NCBI GenBank assembly: GCA_048941265.1
Contig: JBHLNT010000078.1
Coordinates: 1 to 17,546 of the forward strand
Source: Promethearchaeota archaeon
Lineage (GTDB): Archaea > Asgardarchaeota > Lokiarchaeia > Sigyniarchaeales > SOKP01
DNA length: 17,546 nt
Reading direction: 5' to 3'
Shown piece by piece: positions 9,924 through 17,396 of the stretch. The position numbers and the translations under genes are program-made. A model generated the notes under the pieces. It had not been told where the DNA came from. It did not search any database and worked only from the letters and a program-made list of their open reading frames with translations. Numbering within the stretch: position 1 is the first letter of the stretch; every line of letters starts with the position of its first letter.

Positions 9924-11120
9924 ATGGATGATATAATAGGGAAAGCAAAAGAACATTTTGGGGCTTTAATAAAAGACCAGTTAGAAAGAGTCGAAAATCT
10001 AAAATATGACGAAAACTGGACCGATTATTCTACACTTAAACCAATTATTGTAGGAATTATAGGTGGTGATGGAATTGGTCCTGAAATCTCTGCTCATGCA
10101 AAGAAAATTCTCGAATTTCTATTAAAAGATGAATTACAAAGTGGAAAAGTCGAGTTTAGAGTAATTGAAGGATTAACTATTGAAAATCGAGCAAAAGTAA
10201 TGAAAGCGATTCCTGATAATGTTCTAGAAGAAATTAAACGATGCCATGTGTTATTGAAAGGACCAACAACTACTCCACGGGAAGGGGATAAATGGCCCAA
10301 CATTGAAAGTGCTAATATTATGATGCGTCGTGAGCTTGATCTTTTTGCCAATGTCCGTCCTGTTAAAATTCCAGAAAAAGGAATAGATTGGATATTCTTT
10401 AGAGAAAATACTGAAGGATCTTATATGTTAGGATCAAAAGGAATAAAAATAACGGAAGACTTGGCTATAGATTTTAAAGTAATAACGACTCAAGGAGCTG
10501 ATCGTATAATTAGATTAGCATTTGATTATGCTAAAAAGAATAATATAAATAAGGTTACAGTAGTGACAAAAGCAAATGTTGTTAAAGCCACTGATGGAAA
10601 ATTCCTCTTTATTGCTGAAAAAGTTGCTAAGGATTATCCCGATGTGGAATGGAATGATTGGTACATCGATATTATGACGGCAAAGCTTATTGATCCTGCC
10701 CGACAGAGTCAGTTCAGAGTGCTAGTTGCCCCAAATCTTTATGGTGATATACTCACTGATGAGGCTGCACAAATGCAAGGAGGTGTTGGAACTGCCGGTA
10801 GTGCAAATATTGGTAAAAGATATGCTATGTTTGAGGCAATTCATGGTTCAGCGCCGCGTATGGTAGAAGAAGGTCGAGCTAAATATGCCGATCCCTCAAG
10901 TATAATAAAAGCATCTGAAATGCTACTTAACCATATTGGATTTACTGAATACTCGAGAAAGCTTGAAATGGCGCTTGATATATGTGCTATTTATGAGAAA
11001 AGAATTAAAATTACAGGAAGATCAAATGGCGCAACTGGTGAAGAATATACAACATATATAATGAAAAATCTCCAAGATCCTAAATTAGAAGAAAAATGGA
11101 AAAGTTATCAAAAAAAATAA
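9924..11120 (+). CDS. Isocitrate/isopropylmalate dehydrogenase family enzyme, probably (homo)isocitrate dehydrogenase
   Basis: GDGIGPEI, KGPTTTP, SANIMMRR, RENTEGSY, KANV, NLYGDILTD, FEAIHGSAP. Starts 33 nt after gdhA on the same strand. Confidence 0.88.
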   Translation: MDDIIGKAKEHFGALIKDQLERVENLKYDENWTDYSTLKPIIVGIIGGDGIGPEISAHAKKILEFLLKDELQSGKVEFRVIEGLTIENRAKVMKAIPDNVLEEIKRCHVLLKGPTTTPREGDKWPNIESANIMMRRELDLFANVRPVKIPEKGIDWIFFRENTEGSYMLGSKGIKITEDLAIDFKVITTQGADRIIRLAFDYAKKNNINKVTVVTKANVVKATDGKFLFIAEKVAKDYPDVEWNDWYIDIMTAKLIDPARQSQFRVLVAPNLYGDILTDEAAQMQGGVGTAGSANIGKRYAMFEAIHGSAPRMVEEGRAKYADPSSIIKASEMLLNHIGFTEYSRKLEMALDICAIYEKRIKITGRSNGATGEEYTTYIMKNLQDPKLEEKWKSYQKK

Positions 11121-11158
11121 TTCTTTTTAGGTTAATTGAAACGCATTAAATACTTATT

Positions 11159-12454
11159 CTAGCCAAATAATAAAACAAGGATAAATAAGAATCCTATTGA
11201 CATAACTAAATGAATGGTTGCAAAGGTTGCTCCTGTTCTAAGTAAACGTTTATAACTTAAGTTCTCTACCCCTTTATCCTGTGCGATTTTTAACGTCATC
11301 ATATCACAAGCAGCACCTTGGGGTACAAAATTTCCTCCCAGATTCACACCTATTATCAGGGCAAAAATAAGAGGGATAGGTGGAAAACCAAGAAGGATTA
11401 ATGTTTTTATAATTGGGATAAAAATTAAGGCCGTAGGGGTATTAGCAACAATTCCAGATAACAGACTGACAATTAAAAGAATAAGTAGGCACAATAAAAA
11501 TACATTAAGTTCTTTAAAGGGAAGCATTTCGATTAAATCTTGAAAACCTGCTTCGATCAGACATCCGATAATAATATATAACGAGATAAAAAAGAAAATT
11601 ACTTCCCATTCAATATCCTTTAAAAGTCCGCCCATATCCTTTTTGGTGTACTTTTTATTTATAAGCACGAGTATCAAAGCAGATATAGCTGCTGTTAAGT
11701 AGAGTAATGGTAAGATTGCGAACAAAATAATTGTAGTTAAGATTACAAAGGAATTGATATAAAACATTTTTTTGTTACCGACCATAACATCTGTGTCGAT
11801 CAATTCCATAACAAATTTTTTTTGTTGATCTTCAATTTTTGGTTCCTTACTTAAGATAAATCTGTCTATGAGAAAAATTGTAAGAAATAATAAACCAAAT
11901 GAAAAGAGCCAATAATATTGGATAAAGTAAAGTGTATCAAGCTCAAAAGCTGTTGAAATGATAATATTTTCTCCTGATGAGAAAGGAGTAATTATGCTAC
12001 CAATATTTATACATATTGTCATTCCGAGTAGATAGGTTCCCGATCTAATCTTTAAAAAATGGCAAAGTCGGATAACAATCGGAGCTAAAATTAGTACAAC
12101 AACTACATCGCTGATAATCGCTGCAAGAAGTGTAGTTATTATACACAATAACCAAAAAAATACCCTTTGATCTCCTTTGGATAATTTAAAGAGTTTTACG
12201 GCAACATACTCTAATATATTTGAGTCTTGTGCTATTTTGGTAATAATACTCATGCTTAATATAATTATAATGGCTTCCCATTCAACAAAAGAAATAAATA
12301 CTTCAAAACCTATGTTTTTTATTATTCCGGTAATTGTTGCCGCACAAAAGCAACCTAACAAAGAAATTGCTACAAAATCTAAATCCTTAATTGAATAACT
12401 AATAATCACTAAAATAAATATGATGAGTATTGTCAAAAAGAGAGGGAAATCCAT
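11159..12454 (-). CDS. Ion-transporter (IT) superfamily permease (ArsB/NhaD/SLC13/CitMHS-like)
   Basis: About 11-12 hydrophobic segments with two-fold repeated motifs (VEWEAI / IEWEVI; NIGSIITPFSSGEN / NLGGNFVPQGAACD; SGIVANTP). Substrate cannot be assigned. Confidence 0.85.
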   Translation of the reverse strand: MDFPLFLTILIIFILVIISYSIKDLDFVAISLLGCFCAATITGIIKNIGFEVFISFVEWEAIIIILSMSIITKIAQDSNILEYVAVKLFKLSKGDQRVFFWLLCIITTLLAAIISDVVVVLILAPIVIRLCHFLKIRSGTYLLGMTICINIGSIITPFSSGENIIISTAFELDTLYFIQYYWLFSFGLLFLTIFLIDRFILSKEPKIEDQQKKFVMELIDTDVMVGNKKMFYINSFVILTTIILFAILPLLYLTAAISALILVLINKKYTKKDMGGLLKDIEWEVIFFFISLYIIIGCLIEAGFQDLIEMLPFKELNVFLLCLLILLIVSLLSGIVANTPTALIFIPIIKTLILLGFPPIPLIFALIIGVNLGGNFVPQGAACDMMTLKIAQDKGVENLSYKRLLRTGATFATIHLVMSIGFLFILVLLFG

Positions 12455-12645
12455 TTAAAAACCGAATTAAACATTTTAATTTGATTATATAATTTAATAA
12501 ATAGCTTTTAATAAATCTAATCAAAAGTATTGTGTTTATAGTATGATTGAAATTGATAAAATTTTTACGAGTTTTAATCAATTCCGTTGAAGTGTTATTT
12601 TTAATTAGACTAAAAAATCAAGAATTTTAATGCTAACTGAAAAAG

Positions 12646-13488
12646 TTATTCTAATAAAAAGAGTTGAAGTAAAAACTTATCTAAATTTAGCTTATGCAAC
12701 ATGTCAATATTGTTTAAAATATAATTCAAAATATTTTCCTCATTAAATAACCTAAGACTTTCAGTGTGTCCTATTTCGTTTTTGATTGAATTTAGCACTC
12801 TTCTCAGAAGATTTATTATTTGCTTTTCAACCACTATCATATCACAATTATTTGGATTTATTGTAATAATATTAATTCCAGTATCTCTTGCAAAATTAAT
12901 TTTACTTAATTCAGGGTTTTTTTTGACATATTCATTATTTTTATAATTCTCAAACATTTTTTCAATTTCATCATAGATTATCTCTTGGGATTGATCTGGA
13001 ATTTTGTGTAAAATTGATAATAAGTCAAAAAAGAGCTGTTGAAAGATCCCTAAAATGTCCACGAATTCCGCAATGCTAGTTACGCTTTCCGCGGCCAACC
13101 AATCAGTATAAAATTGATCAATTATTTGCTTAAAGGGTCTATATCTTTCGACATTTCCATCCCATTTTTTTTTAACTTGCTGCTGTTCACTAAAATAATC
13201 CTGAATAAATGCTTGTTTTATGACGTTTAGACGCGCCCTTAACATTTCGGCATTAACATCTTTGGGACCTGCCGCTACAAACAAGAGGTTAGATTCCTTA
13301 TCCATAATGTAGACCCATCTCAATCCTCCCATATCGATACTTTCTAGACCTTGTTTGAATTCCATTATTGTAAATTGATTGAGCGCAGTCAATAAACCAG
13401 AAACGAGGTCCTCATTAATCGGAATGTCCATATATGATTTATACAAAAGTGTTACGCCAGAATCTGAGTCTAAGATCCATATATTCAT
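12646..13488 (-). CDS. Protein with N-terminal longin-like domain (Asgard-type) and helical C-terminal region
   Basis: IWILDSDSGVTLLY..., EDLVSGLLTALNQF, LESIDMGGLRWVY, LLFVA, LNVIKQAF follow the beta-beta-alpha-beta-beta-beta-alpha pattern of Asgard longin-like proteins. TGAGGT SD upstream. Confidence 0.7.
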   Translation of the reverse strand: MNIWILDSDSGVTLLYKSYMDIPINEDLVSGLLTALNQFTIMEFKQGLESIDMGGLRWVYIMDKESNLLFVAAGPKDVNAEMLRARLNVIKQAFIQDYFSEQQQVKKKWDGNVERYRPFKQIIDQFYTDWLAAESVTSIAEFVDILGIFQQLFFDLLSILHKIPDQSQEIIYDEIEKMFENYKNNEYVKKNPELSKINFARDTGINIITINPNNCDMIVVEKQIINLLRRVLNSIKNEIGHTESLRLFNEENILNYILNNIDMLHKLNLDKFLLQLFLLE

Positions 13489-13586
13489 TCTCTAACCTCA
13501 AAAAACTTAAACTTTAACATTTTTTATGTTGATATAATTTCTATGGGTATCTAATATACTATTAAATTTATAGGTTAATAATATCC

Positions 13587-14072
13587 CTATAAGAATTCAT
13601 TAAGATCATTTGTCTTACAAAATCTTTCCAAATTTCTTAACATATTAGAAATTTTTGTCCGTAATGTGAGTTCGGCTGCACCTCCAAATAGTCTGAGAAA
13701 ATCATCTTCTAAGCTAAAATTATGTACAAATACTCCGACTTTAGACATATAAGGGGATAAAGCTTTTATTCGCATATTGCCATCTAATTTTTTAACATTT
13801 TTATTATTTCTTACATTAAATTCAATTAATCTTCCTTTTCCTTCTTCTTCACCTTTATCAGTTAATACTAATTCCCCTTCCATTTCAATGGGAATATTTA
13901 CAACTTTTATATTATCAACAATGATACTATGAAATACGTTAGGTGAAACGAAATTTACTTCAATTTTACTCACTGGACTTAATTCTTCCCAAAATTTAGA
14001 TACATAAATTGCTGCAATAAGCTTATCTTTTGGGCAGTTCTCTATTTCCAACACTTTTGAGATTGATGTCAA
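13587..14072 (-). CDS. Hypothetical protein, possible SRPBCC/START-like helix-grip fold
   Basis: 161 aa, TTG start. N-terminal strand, then helix and W...SP, a run of beta-like segments and a long C-terminal helix (ISNMLRNLERFC). The fold is an inference. Confidence 0.55.
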   Translation of the reverse strand: MTSISKVLEIENCPKDKLIAAIYVSKFWEELSPVSKIEVNFVSPNVFHSIIVDNIKVVNIPIEMEGELVLTDKGEEEGKGRLIEFNVRNNKNVKKLDGNMRIKALSPYMSKVGVFVHNFSLEDDFLRLFGGAAELTLRTKISNMLRNLERFCKTNDLNEFL

Positions 14073-14191
14073 AATAAATTTACCTTTTTTATTTTAGTTA
14101 TAGTATGTAAAAAATAATATTAATCTTAAATATTAATAAAAAATCAAAATATTTTTCCTAAAGATTTCGAGTTGTATGAATAGGTTTTTAC

Positions 14192-14258
14192 GCCTCAGAC
14201 TTCCTTGATTTTATCATTATCATATCCTTAATTCATTTCAGAAAATTTCATCATTGGC
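14192..14258 (-). ncRNA. Box C/D-type small RNA / kink-turn element
   Basis: Minus strand reads GCC-A-ATGATGA (C box, 14254-14248) ... ATGATAA (C'-like, 14217-14211) - 12-nt spacer AATCAAGGAAGT - CTGA (D box, 14198-14195) - GGC. Terminal GCC/GGC stem, canonical K-turn geometry, 60 nt from C to D. Confidence 0.65.
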
Positions 14259-14305
14259 TTAAAATTAACTATAACCTTTTCCTCTAAAAAATATAGTGTT
14301 TTAAA

Positions 14306-14512
14306 TCAACTTTTTATCCTAAATAATTGGCTTTTTTCTATATTATTTTCATTTTTGCAATTAGGACAGATCCAGGACTTTTCACTTTTTTTTACTGAAT
14401 TTATGCATTTTGGACATACTGCAATATCACAGATACAATAATGTAATTGATCTACATTATTCTTATAATTTTTTTCACAAATATAACAATAAGGAGGATT
14501 TTTTTTAGACAT
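14306..14512 (-). CDS. Stand-alone C4C4 RING-like zinc-finger protein
   Basis: C-x2-C-x13-C-x-C-x4-C-x2-C-x12-C-x2-C, ending in WICPNC. Confidence 0.75.
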   Translation of the reverse strand: MSKKNPPYCYICEKNYKNNVDQLHYCICDIAVCPKCINSVKKSEKSWICPNCKNENNIEKSQLFRIKS

Positions 14513-14612
14513 ATCTTTTAATTTTATAATCTTTTTATATCTTATATTCTAATATACGTTTAATTTTAAAAATATATTATTTTTAATTATTTAAAAAAAC
14601 CTAAAAAATAAT

Positions 14613-14816
14613 ATGAATAAAGTACAAAGTAAAATCCGACTACTATCTCTTGTGAGTATTTTTTTTCTTTATAGAGTTATTTATTCTTATTTTGTGGAAA
14701 ATGATGAACTAACTGCTATTTTGTGGTTGTTGTTTGCTATTCTGTATATAATATCACTTATAATATTATATTTTGTTGCTCAGAGATGGCAAAAAGAGGC
14801 AGATAAATACGAATAA
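14613..14816 (+). CDS. Small membrane protein (2 TM)
   Basis: 67 aa with two hydrophobic helices and charged ends. Confidence 0.65.
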   Translation: MNKVQSKIRLLSLVSIFFLYRVIYSYFVENDELTAILWLLFAILYIISLIILYFVAQRWQKEADKYE

Positions 14817-14891
14817 GAATATCATAATAAATATTTTTAATATGATTTACAATCCCTAAACTATTGAAAAAAACACATTTGAATATTAATA

Positions 14892-15797
14892 ATGAAAAAT
14901 CTCTTAACAATTAAGGACTGGAGTGAGAAGGAGATCCTTTCTTTAATTGACTTAGCCGATGAGGTTAAACTCAATCCAGATAGCTACACTACTGCTTTAA
15001 AAGGAAAAAGTATTATTTTATTATTTCAAAAAACCTCCACTCGAACAAGAATATCCTTTGAAAGTGGAATGTATCAATTAGGTGGAAATGTAATTTATAT
15101 TGACTGGAGATCGACAAATATTCATTTAGGTTCATTGAAAGATGAGATAAAGTGTATGGCAAGCTATACAGATTTAATTATGGCGCGAGTTTATGAACAT
15201 AAGACTTTGGAAGTCATACAAGAGGCATCACATGTTCCTGTTATTAACGGCTTATCTGATATGTATCATCCCTGTCAGATTTTAGCTGACTTAATGACTA
15301 TACGAGAGATTTTTCAGAATTTTAGTGACCTAAAAATTACTTGGGTGGGAGATGGCAATAATGTATGTAATTCATTAATTATTGGTTGTATTAAATTGAA
15401 CATATCTATCTCTGTAGCTACACCCAAGCAATACAAACCACATTCAGAGATATTGGATTGGGTTAAGAAAGAAAAAAATAGTCAAAACCTTGAACTTTTT
15501 GAAGATCCAAAAGAAGCTGTAATCAATGCAGATTTCATTTATACTGACACGTTCGTTTCTATGGGCCAAGAAGCAGAAAGGGAACAGAGATTAAAGATGT
15601 TCAGAAATTATCAAGTTAATCAAGAGTTATTAAAACACGCAAAAAAGGAACCATATATCATGCATTGTTTACCTGCGCATCGAGGAATAGAAATAACTAA
15701 TGATGTTTTGGATTCTAAAAATTCAATTGTATTCCAACAGGCTGAAAACCGATTACATTTACAGAAAGCTTTAATGATTAAATTGTTAGAAAAATAA
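14892..15797 (+). CDS. argF: Ornithine carbamoyltransferase
   Basis: FQKTSTRTR (carbamoyl-phosphate site), HPCQILAD, GDGNNV, YTDTFVSMGQE, HCLPAHRG, QAENR. Confidence 0.97.
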   Translation: MKNLLTIKDWSEKEILSLIDLADEVKLNPDSYTTALKGKSIILLFQKTSTRTRISFESGMYQLGGNVIYIDWRSTNIHLGSLKDEIKCMASYTDLIMARVYEHKTLEVIQEASHVPVINGLSDMYHPCQILADLMTIREIFQNFSDLKITWVGDGNNVCNSLIIGCIKLNISISVATPKQYKPHSEILDWVKKEKNSQNLELFEDPKEAVINADFIYTDTFVSMGQEAEREQRLKMFRNYQVNQELLKHAKKEPYIMHCLPAHRGIEITNDVLDSKNSIVFQQAENRLHLQKALMIKLLEK

Positions 15798-15802
15798 GAA
15801 AT

Positions 15803-16084
15803 TTAATCTTTCTTTTTTTTAAAAAAATCAGGCATAAAAGCATCAATTCCTAAACTTTTAAGGATTGAATCTTTCACATTCATCTGAATATTCAGATCTG
15901 ACATTTTTTCCATTACTTCCTTTAAAGTCTTAGAAAAGCTTTTAGTCATTTCATTTAAGGTATTAGTGGTTAACTTGAGGGATTCTCTTATTGTTTCTTT
16001 AGTTTCATGTAATTCAGTGGTTAATTCTGAGAGTTTTGAATTCATTTCAGCTAATTCTTCTTTTAGTTCTTTTATTCCTCCCAT
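15803..16084 (-). CDS. Small coiled-coil protein
   Basis: 93 aa with heptad L/I/M periodicity and a FFKKKKD tail. AAGGT SD-like sequence upstream. Confidence 0.7.
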   Translation of the reverse strand: MGGIKELKEELAEMNSKLSELTTELHETKETIRESLKLTTNTLNEMTKSFSKTLKEVMEKMSDLNIQMNVKDSILKSLGIDAFMPDFFKKKKD

Positions 16085-16142
16085 ATTTACAACCTTTTTA
16101 TTTCTAAATTATAATTTTTTATCTCTAATTCTAGGTTTGGAT

Positions 16143-16778
16143 TTAAAAATCAATATGTATATCGTATTTCTTAAATTCATGGACTAATTGTTCTGTATAA
16201 TAGTATAATATTCCATTTAGTCCAACTGAACTAGCCAGCTCGATATTTTTCCGTTCATCGTCAATTATTATTGCTTCATTTGGTTCGCATTCTAAATGGT
16301 TTAAAAGTTCATTATAAAATTCAATGTCTCCTTTATTTTTTTGGTATTCGAAACTATAAACAAAGTCATCAAAATAGTTAGAGAAACCATATCGTTTATC
16401 AAGAAATTCGATTCTTTCTCTGATATTACCGCTAAAAACTATTAGTCTAAAATTCTTTTCTTTTAATTTTTTTATGACATCCTCCATTCTATAATAGGGA
16501 ACAAATGAACCAAACCATAGGTATCTTATATGATTTATATTATACTCACTTATATTAAATTGGGCAATAAAGCGTTCTTCGAACTCATCCATCGTTATCA
16601 ATCCTAATCTCAATAAATAGCCCTCTTTTTTATATCCATCAAAAAAATATTCCCTTAATAAATGATGCTCTTTAATTTTGTATATATCTTCTATTTTTTT
16701 AATACAAATATACGTACCTCTCGTAAAATATACTCCACCTAAATCGAAAACAAGTGTTTTTATAGATGTTACCCCCAT
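16143..16778 (-). CDS. HAD-superfamily hydrolase (subfamily IA, DxGGV type)
   Basis: Motif I FDLGGV, motif II FSGN, Lys of motif III (QKNK), motif IV IIIDD..KN. GAGGT SD upstream. Confidence 0.9.
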   Translation of the reverse strand: MGVTSIKTLVFDLGGVYFTRGTYICIKKIEDIYKIKEHHLLREYFFDGYKKEGYLLRLGLITMDEFEERFIAQFNISEYNINHIRYLWFGSFVPYYRMEDVIKKLKEKNFRLIVFSGNIRERIEFLDKRYGFSNYFDDFVYSFEYQKNKGDIEFYNELLNHLECEPNEAIIIDDERKNIELASSVGLNGILYYYTEQLVHEFKKYDIHIDF

Positions 16779-16986
16779 TTACATTACAGACCTCTTATTA
16801 TATAGTTATGGAAATATTTTGTTATTTGTATATATAGTTTAAGACTTAAATAGTATTAGGGATATAAGATAAATTTAATTGCCAAATAAAGGACTTATTC
16901 TTATCATTTAATTTATTTTATATAAAAATAACATATTTATCTTTTAAGTATTTCATTTATTATAAAAAATTATTAAAACTAGCAAA

Positions 16987-17133
16987 ATGTCAGAATGGAA
17001 AAATAGATTAGATGAATCGGAGAAAAAAGAACTCTTTTGTACTGGTTGAGGTATAATAGATGGAATAATTTATTGTGTTCGAAAAGCAAAAGAATATCTT
17101 AATAACAAAAAACAATCAAAAAATAAGGTCTAA
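16987..17133 (+). CDS. Candidate 48-aa selenoprotein (in-frame TGA, CxxU motif)
   Basis: MSEWKNRLDESEKKELFCTG-U(TGA 17047-17049)-GIIDGIIYCVRKAKEYLNNKKQSKNKV, then TAA TAA. Not in the ORF track. Confidence 0.55.
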
Positions 17134-17153
17134 TAAGCAAAGAGGTGTAAAAA

Positions 17154-17297
17154 ATAACGAAAGAAGAAGATTCTATTGAAATTGGATTTGATGATGAGTG
17201 CTATTACACGAGTTGATCTTTAATTAAATTATGGTATCAAAGAGCACAAAAATTAGATAAATCTAAAGCCAGCAAAAATGAAAACAAAAGAGCCTAA
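17154..17297 (+). CDS. Candidate second 47-aa UGA-containing ORF (non-canonical ATA start)
   Basis: GAGGTG SD at 17142-17147, then ATA-TKEEDSIEIGFDDECYYTS-U(TGA 17214-17216)-SLIKLWYQRAQKLDKSKASKNENKRA-TAA. No in-frame ATG. Confidence 0.4.
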
Positions 17298-17298
17298 A

Positions 17299-17363
17299 AA
17301 TCTCAAAAAATTAAATCGAAAATACTAGGATTTGATTTTAAGGTTCCGCAAGAGCCTGAGATT
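17299..17363 (+). other. Structured 3' RNA element (three-way junction); candidate SECIS-like element or terminator
   Basis: AATCTCA(17299-17305)/TGAGATT(17357-17363) encloses hairpin TTAAATCGAA/TTTGATTTTAA and hairpin GGTTC-C-GCAA-G-AGCC with a GNRA loop. A T7 tract follows at 17374-17380. Confidence 0.4.
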
Positions 17364-17396
17364 ATTCATACTATTTTTTTAATATAACAATAAAAA

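Noticed and set aside
7149-10351. ORFs 7149-7397, 7594-7779, 8984-9202 and 10094-10351
   Set aside because: Antisense or out-of-frame shadows within guaA, gdhA and the IDH-like gene.
12177-12946. ORFs 12177-12398, 12399-12581 and 12764-12946
   Set aside because: Shadow or AT-rich spurious ORFs overlapping better-supported genes.
14228-14308. Sec read-through of the RING-like gene's TGA (would add FKTLYFLEEKVIVNFKPMMKFSEMN)
   Set aside because: The domain is already complete, there is no Cys or redox context at the TGA, and the extension would run into the C/D element. An ordinary stop is more likely.
15966-16187. Plus-strand 73-aa ORF
   Set aside because: Antisense to two better-supported genes.
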